The notes: generated from the letters alone by a model not told the origin. A DNA stretch of 64,000 bases from Rhizodiscina lignyota (GCA_010015805.1 ML978126.1:1736001-1800000), one strand, 5' to 3'. Positions 22,150-33,249 are shown, counted from the stretch's first letter. Numbers and translations: made by a program.

Positions 22150-22947
22150 ATGGCTGCCGCCGCAAATCAGCCTGTACAACGCGCATTCAACGAATACATG
22201 ATCGTCGGTCATGATAACCAGGACATCAGTCGCATGGTCTATTTTAAGATTGATAGACGCGGGGAGACTGGCTACAAGACTGCTTTCCGAGTGATCGAGC
22301 CGCCGAAGACCTCACCACATGCTGTAATCTCGTACAAGAAGGTTCAATTCTTGCTGCAGTATGCAAATATTGCAGCATCAAAAAGGAATGAAAAGCTGTC
22401 GGAGCTATGGCTACAACATGTCGATCCGCATACTGCCAATCCAATAGCACAGCATATAACGTTTGCAACCAACTCACAGAGTACGTCGACCACTGAAAAG
22501 CTTGCCGCATACGAACGATTCAGGCGCGCCATTGCAGTGGAACCCGACGAACTGCCAATGGTTGCGGTGGCCATCGAGAAAATTGTCGGTGTGAAGCCTG
22601 AGACAACGTTGCTTAAACAGATTCACGAGGAGTCTCGTCTCATCCGATGCTCGCCGTTCGACATCCCTGCGTGGATCAGTTGGCACATTCTCTACGAAGA
22701 CGAAATTCGGGCGAATTTGAGCAAAAAGGTGCTACCAACGCCAATGCCAATGCCGACGCCAACGCCAACTCCAAAGAAAAGGGAGTTAGATGCTGCTACG
22801 GATGCTGCTACAGATGCTGCTACGAAGAAAAGGAAGCCGGATCCTGCTACGGATGCTGCTGCAAAGGAAAGGAAGCCGGATCGTGCTATGGATGCTGCTA
22901 CGATGGAAAGGATGCGGGATGCTGCGTTCATCTCTGCGCTCATGTGA
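22150..22947 (+). CDS. Orphan protein B copy 2, with C-terminal PT and DAAT minisatellite repeats
   Basis: 265-aa ORF homologous to 11743-12636. GATGCTGC repeats at 22789-22925. Confidence 0.75.
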   Translation: MAAAANQPVQRAFNEYMIVGHDNQDISRMVYFKIDRRGETGYKTAFRVIEPPKTSPHAVISYKKVQFLLQYANIAASKRNEKLSELWLQHVDPHTANPIAQHITFATNSQSTSTTEKLAAYERFRRAIAVEPDELPMVAVAIEKIVGVKPETTLLKQIHEESRLIRCSPFDIPAWISWHILYEDEIRANLSKKVLPTPMPMPTPTPTPKKRELDAATDAATDAATKKRKPDPATDAAAKERKPDRAMDAATMERMRDAAFISALM

Positions 22948-23280
22948 TTGACTTAGGAGCTTGTGGCCCGGTGGGGGTAATTTACATTGCACTATCCTTC
23001 TGATAGTTTCATATATAATGAAGAGTTGGGGTAATTTCGAGATGACTTAATGATGGCAGAAAAAAAGTGGTTACGGAGTTCGGGGAAACAGTTTGCTTGG
23101 GCTGGGGCGCAATTGCAATGCCTCATTTCCTACCTCTTGCGCACAATCGCTGGAATCATCCCCCTCTACAAATCAAAACGTTGATGCTGCATTGCCCAGT
23201 TCAGGTACCAATCAATATCGAATTACTGATAACTGACTCGCATTGTTTGTGTATGTTGGTCCATACGGATACGTACTCAA

Positions 23281-23508
23281 GTGGGTGACAAAATAGTTGA
23301 GTCGTGGCTGCAATATACAGAACTACGAGGATGTATATCCTCGATAGTTAATATAAGTTATACACGGTAAAACTGCGTGTTTTAGATAAACGAACTCTAG
23401 TATATAATTTATCGACCTTTTAGAGATGCTCTCGCTAGCGTTGAAGAGGAAACCTCGCTTTTGCTGAATACGTTTAAACTTTGCAGGATTCAACTATTTT
23501 GTCACCCC
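23281..23508. mobile_element. MITE copy 2 (~225 bp) with perfect 18-bp TIRs
   Basis: GGGTGACAAAATAGTTGA (23283-23300) and TCAACTATTTTGTCACCC (23490-23507). Non-coding interior homologous to 18541-18768. Confidence 0.85.
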
Positions 23509-24055
23509 CGCGGTGCTCTATATGTGACTTTGCGCCGAAATGCGCCGAAACGCACCGAAAGTTCAGCCGCCTTTAAACAGCGTGAAGGAAAAGTCAAGAC
23601 CAATGAACTAAAACCAGTACAGAGAGAGGGGGCATTTGCCGCAAGTCATTTTAACTGGCTTTGTGTAGTAAGTCGACCAAACCGAAGCTCATCGTAGTTC
23701 CATATAGAGTAGATGTAGCTGCCCATCTTTGTTGTAGCGCTATGAACTGGAAAAGAGAGATCATCGATACACCACCAACTGTATTCTTAGCGCGAGCGAA
23801 AAAGTGATGTGGTGCGTACTAAAGGAAGACATGAGATCGTCCCGCGCAAAAGCATTGAGTACGCGAAATCACCGCGCGGGGGAGAGGGGGGAGGTGTTGG
23901 GTTGCTAATGGGCAGTATTTCGTAGGACCGATAAGACAGTGTCACATCTTAGTGCTTATAATATACAATTGAAATGCACATTTAAGAATGTTCAATCTTC
24001 TAAATTTAGCCCAAAAAAAAAAAGGAAGAAATAAAAAAGAGGACACAAAAAAAAA

Positions 24056-24155
24056 AAAAAACTGGAGCGTCTCTTTGTTTGCATGTGTCATCCTTAGTGC
24101 AGGGGCCATGCTAATCTTCTCTGTATCGTTTCAAATTGACCAAATGCCCGAAGGC
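24056..24155 (-). ncRNA. U6: U6 spliceosomal snRNA
   Basis: The minus strand reads GCCTTCGGGCATTTGGTCAATTTGAAACGATACAGAGAAGATTAGCATGGCCCCTGCACTAAGGATGACAC...CCAGTTTTT. It has the 5' stem-loop, ACAGAGA box, AGC triad and poly-T Pol III terminator, with TATTTAA about 30 nt upstream. Confidence 0.97.
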
Positions 24156-24764
24156 GTTGATCGAAGGTTGCAACATCAATTAAATAGGCAACAAAATTAA
24201 TTAGCACCACCACCACGATTCTTTCCGCCGGTCTACCCCATCTACCAGACTCAGAAAAATATGCCCAACCAAACCCAAGTATCCAAAATATTTATTTCGC
24301 GTTGCCTAGGGGGCAAGATCGTGATTTGATTATCGCCGTTGGCGTTTGCGACCGCGGGTGGGCAGTTCGGGACACCCTCTGCAGACGAATTGCGAGATCG
24401 AAGGGCTAGTATCCTCCTAAAACCCACGAACAATCGAATCGAATATCTGGAAAAATTTAGGTATATTCTGGCAGTAATTTCACCCGTAATTTAGGCCTCA
24501 TTGGCCCCCTAGAAAGCGAGCGTTTTCGATGGAGAATGGGACGATGAGCGGAGGAGGGACAGAAATTCGTCCCACGCACAAATGCTCTTTATCCGAGGGG
24601 TACCTCTAGACTATTGGCTCCCACGGCTGGGTAAGCGTGCTGAGAAACTGGCTAAGACGGGATACATGTGATCTCATTCCGTAGTTTCACAGAAATCGAG
24701 CGGCCTTCTCGCCCTCTTGGGCTGCTATTGCACTTCCGTCCCGCAAGCAAACCTCTTCAATCCA

Positions 24765-25980
24765 CCTCAACTTAGGGATTCAGGATGTAAATAACTTCTA
24801 CGACTACGCATTTCATGTATCTCCTCGCAGTCCGTCAAGGTTCATCTCTTGCAAGGCGTGCAGAGTATTTTGTCCTTTGAACTGTGCTACAGTAACCTGA
24901 TCAAAGCAGACAGACGCGTCCTCGATGCTTCTTGACCTTCGTCTTTGCCGCAGATTTAGTCCCTTCATCCGTTTATTGCACAGACTTTCCGCTGACCATG
25001 TAGCTCCAATCTTTATTAAGGTTTAATAAACTTCTTCTTCTCTAGAGCTGTCCGTAGTCACGCATTTGCTCAACACCGAACCTTCCTCTGGCCTCTTCAA
25101 CTTAGGAACTCAAGACGGAAAGAACTTCTATGACTACCCATTTCTTATACCTCCTCCTAGCCGTGGAAGGCTTATCTCTTACGAGTCTTGCAGAGCATAT
25201 TACTATTTGAACTGTGCTGCTCTAACGCAACCAATACGGATAGAAGCCTCGTCGATACTCCTTCACCTTCCTCATTACCGCAGATATGCTTCTTGCTTGG
25301 CAAACGATCTCTGCGAGTGCTTTGCCAGATGTCGTCTCCCATGAGTAGCCACAGGCATGAGGACGGCTCCTCTTCGACCCATGCATCATATACCTTGTCG
25401 GACTGCGGTGCAAGCGATTTTATCTCGAAGAACAGCTCGGTAAGATCCTCTGCGCTGCCATCCCAGATCATAGCCAGAGATACCACCGCCCCGGCAATGG
25501 CAGGCATCGGATGTATGGTGACGGACCTTGCTTGTCCCTCTGGATCGCCGTAGGCAGCATCAACCAGGGCTTGCACGTCTTTCGCGAAGCCACCAAACAT
25601 TTTAGCCACGCCCGCCCTGACGTTCTCCATTGTGTTCATTGCGAGGCAAGCTTTCCAGGTAGGCCGGACGTCATCTTAAGGTAGAAAAAGGGGCTCCAGC
25701 AGCTTTCGATGCGAGCTTAGCGAAGTTGAAGCGGGATCGATTTTGTATTGCACGGGCTTTTCGCTGACTGTACAGTTCCTATCTTCTTTGAGTTTATTAT
25801 AGCCTAGAACTCTTCCGCGATCATGCATTTGCTCGAGATCGAAGCCTCCTCGATGCTCCTTAACTTTCTTCTTTACCGCAGATATGCTCATTTCGTCCCT
25901 TTGTTGCACAACCCTTTCATTAAGTACATAATATCGATCTTCTTCAGTTCCCTGAGCTCATTCTCTTCTAGAGCGGTTCT
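24765..25980. repeat. Three diverged direct copies of a ~200-280-bp unit (about 24765-25050, 25095-25320, 25835-25980)
   Basis: Shared blocks CAACTTAGG..TCA, AACTTCTAYGACTAC, TTTGAACTGTGCT, TCGATRCT..T..CYTTC.TC.TT.CCGCAGAT and CTAGAGC. Confidence 0.75.
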
Positions 25981-26252
25981 ACAGTCTTACGTTGGCCCAA
26001 GATCGGAGCCTCCTCCACCCTTACTAACTTGTATACTTACTTCCAATATCCTCTCACGCATTCACTACTTGCACAAAGCTCCGCATGTGGTACACCATCT
26101 ATATGTCATTCACCGAATGATATTCATGAATCATAAGTACAGTATGAGTGGCATCTCATCTATTATCATCAGAGCAAGCCTAGCCACCCATGTCATTTTG
26201 TCGTAAACTCCGCCTGACCGATGCAAATGCTTATTTAATGCTACTGTCCTCA

Positions 26253-29200
26253 TCACAGCTTCTCGTTCTCCCCCTCCGTGACGTCCACCTCCGCCAAATC
26301 GGCAAAGTCCTCGCGCCGAATGCCGCTCCTCTCACACATCCCCCTGAAGATACCACCCGCCTCGTACAAGCGGCCGGGCGTGTCCAGCTCGGCGATCCTG
26401 CCGGCATCCATCACCAGAATACGATCATATCCGATGATCGTCTTGAGTCTGTGTGCGATGCACAGCAGCGTCTTGCCCTTGAAGCCCGCCTGCATCGTCT
26501 TCTGGATCTTCTGATCCGTCTCCATGTCGACGCTGGAGGTCGCTTCGTCGCACACGATGATCTGGCTCCCTCTGACCAGTGCTCTTGCGAGCGCCATTAG
26601 TTGTCGTTGCCCGAGGGAGAAGTTGAGGCCTTCTTCTTCGACGATGCCGTCAAGATGCACGCGTTGGTTCTTGTCGGTCATGTTTGCATCGGGAGCGACG
26701 AGATCGGCCTGGCGTAGCGCGCTCCAGAGTTCAAGATCGGTATGTTCGCCGAAGGGATCGAGGTTTGAGCGGACGGTGCCACGGAAGAGGGTAGGATCTT
26801 GCGGGATGATTGCGAGTCTGCTTCTCAGATCGAGGAGGCCAACTGTGCCAATATCGACGCCGTCGATAGTAATTGTACCACCACAAATGTCCACCAGCCT
26901 GAATAGCGTGCTCATGATACTGGATTTACCCGCGCCAGTTCGTCCGACAACTCCAATGCGCTCTCCGGCCTTCACATGCACGCTCAATCCTTGAAGCACG
27001 AGCGGTAGGCCTGGACGGTACCGCATCTCGACGTTGTCGAAGACGATTTCTCCGTGCTCTGGCCAGCTCGGTCGGACTTGGGCGAGATGTAGCGGCGGCT
27101 CTTCGTCAAGCTGCGTGCCATAATAGTGGATACGTTCTGTGGCATTCATATGGTTCTCGACTTCAGCAAGCTGACGAACAGTGAATTGAATCATCTGCAC
27201 GATAGAGAGAATGTAACTGAGGACAAGACCGCCGATGGATGGCGAGATTGAGAAACGTGAAGTTACGACCAGGATGCCGGTGACGAAAACAAGCATGTTG
27301 CCGATGAGGTCCAAACGTGTGGAAAGCCAGCGTTGATTCGCATATGTGAGGAAGTATGCGCCATCCATACTGTCGATCGCATCGTAGATAGTCCGAGAAA
27401 AGCGATCCTGCAGACCGTACGCGCGAATGGTGGAAACACCAGAGACAGCTTCGCTGAACTTTGCGAAAACGACGCTACGCAACAGCGATTCGTGTCGCTT
27501 AATTTCACGTGCAGAGGCACGATAATAAGCCGCAGCTGCCACGAATAGGATAGCGAGGGGGCCGAGAGCGACAGCAAAGTAGTGGAAGTAGACGATGATG
27601 AGGATGAAGACAGACACGATCATTCCGAGCGTCATAAAGTACATGCGCATCGAGTCAGTCAAATTGTTGTCCATGGTGTCGATATCCTTCGAGAAGCGGT
27701 TTGTGATTCGGCCGAGAGGTGTTGTGTCGAAGAACGACATTGGCGCTCTGAGGACTCGAGTGATGGATTGCTGAAGCATGGTCTTGCTGGCTTGAGTGCC
27801 AAAGTAGGAAAGCGCGAGGGAGAAACCAAAGAGCATCAGAGCCTGGGAAGCACCCAAAGCAGCATATACTCCAATATATGTACCCTGTGAAAATCCCCAT
27901 TTGTTTGATGTCCACCAGGAGAGCCACAGACTGGTCACAATATTCGATCCTTGAGATCCCACGAGGAAGAAGAATATCAATGGAGCAACGAATATAGATC
28001 CGGATGCTCTGACATACGATATCCACACGGACCAGGAAACACTCTTTGTTGCTCTTTCTTCAGCTTGCATCAAAGCTGCGGCCTTCTTTTGCATCTTCTT
28101 CTTCTTGCTGTCCTTCTTCTCTTCTTCTATCTCATCTTCATTGACGTCGTCCTCCTTCTCTTTCTCCTCCTCAACCGCAGTCGTTGCCATGAGATGTTTG
28201 AAATCCTCGCTTCCAGTCATGAGGTTGTCGAACGTGTCAATCGCTTCGATATGTCCATTGTTCATCCAGATGATGCGATCGCATCTGTTCAAAACCCAAA
28301 GCTGGTGAGTGGCGAGAATTCTGCATTTGTTCTTCAGCAGTCCACAAATCGCATTGTCCATGATGTGCCTTCCAACATGAGCATCGACGGCGGAGAGCGG
28401 GTCGTCGAGTAGAACAATATCCGAGTTGAAGTAGATAGCTCTTGCGATATTCAGGCGTTGCTTCTGGCCACCAGAGACAGTAATACCCCTTTCACCAATC
28501 TCAGTTTGATCGCCAGCCGGGAGCATATCGAAATCTGGGCGGAGCGCGCAAGCATTCACGACCGTGTCGTACCAGTCCCTCTTGAACTCGGTTCCGAACA
28601 AAATGTTCTCCTTGACTGTCGCATTCTGGATCCAAGCATACTGTGGACAGAAAGCTCTCGAGGCACCCAGCGTAACCTTGCCTTCAGTCCTCCGCATATC
28701 TCCAGCAAGTGCTGCCAAAAGCGAGCTCTTTCCAGAACCGACGGTTCCAATGACAGCAATAAGCTCGTTGCGTCCAACAGAAAAGTTAATATCCCGAATC
28801 CTAAACGGCTCTTCCTCCGTAAGTGTACTCGAACTATCAACCTCCTGTGCTACACCCTTGTCTGCATCCTTCTTTCGCTGTTTCTCTGCCTTTTCTTCAT
28901 CTTTGACCTGTTTCTTCGTCTTCAATGCATTGTTCGGATTTTGATCCGGATCTTGAGTCGGCGACCGTTCCCAAGTAAATTCGCCATCGACAACAGTTAC
29001 AGCCTGCTTGGCATTGTAATCCCATTCGCAGTCATCACCAGCTTCCTCGGCAAGAAGAAACTCCTGGATTCGATTGATGGAAGAGTATGCGTCAATGGCT
29101 TGACCAATGACCAGGGGCAGGAAGTTAAGCGGCAGGCGCAGAGAATTGAACAATGCTAGCGAGGAGAAGACTGGTGCCGGATCGAGGACGTGCTGCGATA

Positions 29201-30647
29201 GTGAGTAGGTAATGAAGGCCAACATTGAAGCAAACACCGGCATTGTCATCGAGACGGCATTGATACCGTTTCGAATTGCGAGCAATCTCTGGATCGACCC
29301 GATTTCCCGCTTTCTGATCGCTTTGATTCGCTCGAGGAAACTCGTCTCCCATCCAAAATACTTGACGAACCGGACGCCTTGCAAAATCTCTTGGGTCAAG
29401 CTGACTCGCTGGTCGGTGATCTTGTTGATTCCCACTCTTCGCTTGAATAGACTTCGGATAGCGCGTCCCAGAATTGGCATGGCGATAACAAGTAAGGCGA
29501 ATCCGGCCAGAGCGCTATACGTCAGGTTGATGAGGAGAAGAATGAGCGTAATGACGATGGCAACCGGAGAAGTCCATATCATGTGGAACATGCCAAAGGC
29601 CTGGTCGACACGGTAGGTATCAGTAGACATGAGGTTGATAATGCGTCCATTGCTCCACCCACGTCCATCTCCGCTGACTCCTTTTGTCCCAACTTCTTTT
29701 GGTATCTTCTTCTTTCGCAGCATCTTCTTGTACCATTTCTTCTCCTCCTCAGTGCCAGGTTTGATATCAGCAGGTGGCTTCTCGATAGAAGCACCACCAG
29801 CCTTTGCGCGTCCAGAAAGCCTCATTGCCTTGTCGAAAATGACAGCCATGAGCGCTGCTCGAGCTTGACCACCATTCAACATACCGCGGTAGATGAAATG
29901 ATTCGTGGACAAACTTTGCATCATTTGCAGGATCAGGAGGCAAATTACAAGTCCAATTCCTTCCCCTATGGCAGGACCTGGAGTGTGGGAATGTTGAGAG
30001 GCATATGCTCGTCCAGCAAAGGAAATCAGATAGCGCAGGACAAATGGGGCAATGACTTGGACAACGCTGGCCGTCAGCTGACAGATACCGCCAACAATGA
30101 ATTCGAACTTGAGAGTGTCATAGATGGCCATGAGAAGTGGTCGTTTGTCGCCGCGATCAATGCGCATCCGGAAAGACTTGTTCAACTTCGCCGTCAACAC
30201 ATCTACGCTCCTGTCGGGGTTGACAAGCCAGATGTCGTTCACTTCCAGTGTCCTCTTATATCCAGTTGTTATCAGAGGTGCAACCCATTGGAAGTAAAGC
30301 ATGCTGATAAAAGGAGCACGATATTCTCTTGATGGACCTCGCTCTTCGGGCACTGGAGGGGGTTTGCGTTTCAGAGGATCTATCCGATGCCAGAAGCTTC
30401 GCTTCGCTTTGCTGCTTGGATTCGTGCCATCTTCGCTTGCTTCCGTGTATCGGCTTTCAGTCCTGCTCAATGCTTTGCTCATATGTTGCTTCTCTGGATG
30501 CTTCTCGAAATCGACATCCTCGGAGCCAATGTCGTTGTCGTCCACAGGCTCTTCAGCCACAGGCTCGGCCGGCGCGGTGCTGTACGCGGCCGCTGCAGCG
30601 GTATCTTGCTTCAACACCTCTTTTTCATCACCCGGCGGAGAAGACAT
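26253..30647 (-). CDS. YOR1: ABCC/MRP ABC transporter, YOR1-like
   Basis: Intronless TMD-NBD-TMD-NBD. Motifs GTVGSGKSS, VSGGQKQR, LLDDPLSAVD, GRTGAGKSS, FSLGQRQL, CDEATSS and IAHRL. Likely start MSSPPG at 30647. Confidence 0.92.
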   Translation of the reverse strand: MSSPPGDEKEVLKQDTAAAAAYSTAPAEPVAEEPVDDNDIGSEDVDFEKHPEKQHMSKALSRTESRYTEASEDGTNPSSKAKRSFWHRIDPLKRKPPPVPEERGPSREYRAPFISMLYFQWVAPLITTGYKRTLEVNDIWLVNPDRSVDVLTAKLNKSFRMRIDRGDKRPLLMAIYDTLKFEFIVGGICQLTASVVQVIAPFVLRYLISFAGRAYASQHSHTPGPAIGEGIGLVICLLILQMMQSLSTNHFIYRGMLNGGQARAALMAVIFDKAMRLSGRAKAGGASIEKPPADIKPGTEEEKKWYKKMLRKKKIPKEVGTKGVSGDGRGWSNGRIINLMSTDTYRVDQAFGMFHMIWTSPVAIVITLILLLINLTYSALAGFALLVIAMPILGRAIRSLFKRRVGINKITDQRVSLTQEILQGVRFVKYFGWETSFLERIKAIRKREIGSIQRLLAIRNGINAVSMTMPVFASMLAFITYSLSQHVLDPAPVFSSLALFNSLRLPLNFLPLVIGQAIDAYSSINRIQEFLLAEEAGDDCEWDYNAKQAVTVVDGEFTWERSPTQDPDQNPNNALKTKKQVKDEEKAEKQRKKDADKGVAQEVDSSSTLTEEEPFRIRDINFSVGRNELIAVIGTVGSGKSSLLAALAGDMRRTEGKVTLGASRAFCPQYAWIQNATVKENILFGTEFKRDWYDTVVNACALRPDFDMLPAGDQTEIGERGITVSGGQKQRLNIARAIYFNSDIVLLDDPLSAVDAHVGRHIMDNAICGLLKNKCRILATHQLWVLNRCDRIIWMNNGHIEAIDTFDNLMTGSEDFKHLMATTAVEEEKEKEDDVNEDEIEEEKKDSKKKKMQKKAAALMQAEERATKSVSWSVWISYVRASGSIFVAPLIFFFLVGSQGSNIVTSLWLSWWTSNKWGFSQGTYIGVYAALGASQALMLFGFSLALSYFGTQASKTMLQQSITRVLRAPMSFFDTTPLGRITNRFSKDIDTMDNNLTDSMRMYFMTLGMIVSVFILIIVYFHYFAVALGPLAILFVAAAAYYRASAREIKRHESLLRSVVFAKFSEAVSGVSTIRAYGLQDRFSRTIYDAIDSMDGAYFLTYANQRWLSTRLDLIGNMLVFVTGILVVTSRFSISPSIGGLVLSYILSIVQMIQFTVRQLAEVENHMNATERIHYYGTQLDEEPPLHLAQVRPSWPEHGEIVFDNVEMRYRPGLPLVLQGLSVHVKAGERIGVVGRTGAGKSSIMSTLFRLVDICGGTITIDGVDIGTVGLLDLRSRLAIIPQDPTLFRGTVRSNLDPFGEHTDLELWSALRQADLVAPDANMTDKNQRVHLDGIVEEEGLNFSLGQRQLMALARALVRGSQIIVCDEATSSVDMETDQKIQKTMQAGFKGKTLLCIAHRLKTIIGYDRILVMDAGRIAELDTPGRLYEAGGIFRGMCERSGIRREDFADLAEVDVTEGENEKL

Positions 30648-33249
30648 TGTGCTTTGCTGAGAGACCGGAGGCCTCTGCAAAGGGTTTGTGGAATGTATGT
30701 AGGTCTTCGGCGGCAAGAAACTTTTCTCTGCTTGCGGGTTGAAGTGAGTCACAAAGAGCACGTGTGAGTAGCTTTGTTTATTAAAAGAGTATCACAAAAT
30801 AGAAACGGGATCGGCAGAGAATGAAAGCACCGGTAAAGAAGGTTGTACAGCGGCGATAGACTCCGTGAAGAAAAAGTTCGGCAGTTCAGTGAATGCTTGA
30901 CGATTGTCGAATCGGCGTTGTTCCGAGCAAACAGCGTTTGCCACGGGCCGAAGGTTGTCAAAGAACAACAATGGACACGCGGTTGAGTACTCGTCCTGGG
31001 GAGAGCATTTCAGAGGAGGCGGACGAGTGAAAGATGATGTATTTGAAAGGACGGCAGTGGTGATGTATTGTGCGGATGCTGGGTCGGGATTCCGCTGCAA
31101 GACTTGCAGGCGCGAGACGTCGCTACAGAATCTCGAAGTAGCTTAGCTACGCCATTGCCATTTGCGCCTAGCGAAGGAAAGCAAGCAATAGCTTATTTGC
31201 TAGCCGCAGATCCGAACGAGAATTCCTGAGATCACCACCTGCAGATGCGTTGAGAGGCGACTCCGCTCCGCTTGCGAAAATTCCGTTTCCGGGCTCAAAC
31301 GAACGAGGCGAGTCGACGACTTTTCCTCGGTCATCTCCACAAACTTCGTACTTAAGCATTTAAGATTTAACGCCGACGGGCAGCCACGCGGAGTGCACGA
31401 TTCATTGGCACTGTGGCACACGCGGCTGCTGGTGGCCTTATGGCTTCAACCGACACGAGGAGGCGAATTCCGCGCGGGTGATTAGCAATGTGCACAGCAT
31501 TCAACCAGGCCACACTAACGCAGGTCATTGTCGATGTCCGCACGTCGACTCTTGCTGCCTGATCCATACTTGTCGCCCTCCACCTTTTGGCCATTACACT
31601 CTGCAACCATAAGCCACGGCGTGTCCAATCTCAACTCGACGCTGCGCACCTGTCCTCCCGTCTTCACCGACTCTTGCTCCCCCGGCCAGGCCATCCCATT
31701 CCAGGGACGCGTGCCGAATTCCGCATGCGAAGGCACAAAGACGACCTCATCATGCAAATCAAAGCTGCAGGCTGGCAGAGATTCCTACAAGCGCCTTCTC
31801 TTTCTGGGCGTTGGCAGGCCGGTAGCGGGCCGGCGTGGGTCTGAAGCGTCTGGGCGGCCGCGCGACACCTCCACGATGGGCATCGCTGCCGTCGCCTTGC
31901 CGGGTTGCCTTCAACACCATCGGAAACGGGGTTGCCTTCTGCATCGCTCGGATCCGGCAGCAGCACTCCCGTCTGAAGTGCAAAGAAAGTTATCTCAAAG
32001 GTGGACTCCAGATATGTAACGAGCTAGTGCTGATGCCAGGGTGGTCTCGAACAGCATAAGCAGAGCACGAGGCTGCCCCGATCACCCTGCACTCTTTGGA
32101 CTCGCAATGCATTTGCAAAACGGTGATCCACTTTGCGAGTGTCATTGCTCTCTATGTCCAATTGGTACTCCGATGAATTTATAACACATCATGCTTTGAA
32201 ATACTGATACGGCCAAGGAACGGATGCGAGTGCATTGCGAATTCCGTCCCACGATCAAATCTTTCCCGTATTTAGAGCTCAACCATCTGGATGATCGGAT
32301 GCGAAAAGGGTTGTGTGACCTTCATCAGCGTCATGCTCGCCCCCAAACCATGTTCAGACGTCTGAAACATTGAAACCAGATTCTCCACGAGATCTCCATC
32401 TTCCGGTTCCACGGCAGCAGCACGGCCATGAGCTACGTCTGTTCGTGTAAGAATTAACCACTTCGAAAGAGTATAGCTCAATATAGTCATGTTGTACTGC
32501 GCAGAGATTTATCTACATGATCTTCTCATCGGAGTAACCCCTCGCTCCATGCGGCATGCTACACTCCTCAAGTTAGTAGGACCTTTATTGATACAGCTGC
32601 AACCCATCAAAGTCCATGGTACGGAGTATTTCATAACATTTTGACATGAGATACTGCTCTTGTCCTTAATTGACCAGCTATTTACTCCTCGAAACACATC
32701 AATGGAGCCTGGATTTCTTACATGCATTCCGTAGCCTCTGTTTGATAACAAATATCTACCGCGAAGACTTTAATGATGAATCGCAAAACTTGCACTGAAA
32801 TGCCATTCCTCAATCAAGCCACAATTATCTTTTCTTCGCTTTGCCCTGAAGCATCCGTCCTAAACAGGCTAGCGCCCATGTGGTGGGTGCGTCCTGGCGT
32901 GTCCTGGCGTCAAACCACCAGTGAAAACGATCACCTCCTCAGTCTCTGCATGACCTGCCACCTGGCGTTCAGCCTCGTCAAGTCCAATCGACAAAATCAA
33001 GCCCAAGATGAACAATTGGACGTTGAACAAAGCCATGCATGACAAGCTCGAGTTGCGGAGCGAGCTAGCAAGGCTGCGTCCCCGGTCAAACTGTACGATC
33101 TCTAAGGGGCCCTCCAGCGGCTCAGTGTCGACGAACCACGTCGCGAGAGCATTGCTCAGCCGTATCTTAGCTGCGTGGGAGGTTAAGTTCAGAGCTCCCC
33201 TCTTGTAGCTGCTTTTCCGCGCCTTCCCAGCCTGGCTGCAATCAGAGTG

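Noticed and set aside
9380..23510. Calling the island a Starship, Helitron or endogenous virus
   Set aside because: No DUF3435 tyrosine recombinase, Rep/PIF1 helicase, DDE transposase, polymerase or capsid motif is recognisable in any frame.
23650..24000. Downstream B-box for U6
   Set aside because: No convincing GTTCRANNC match was found by eye.
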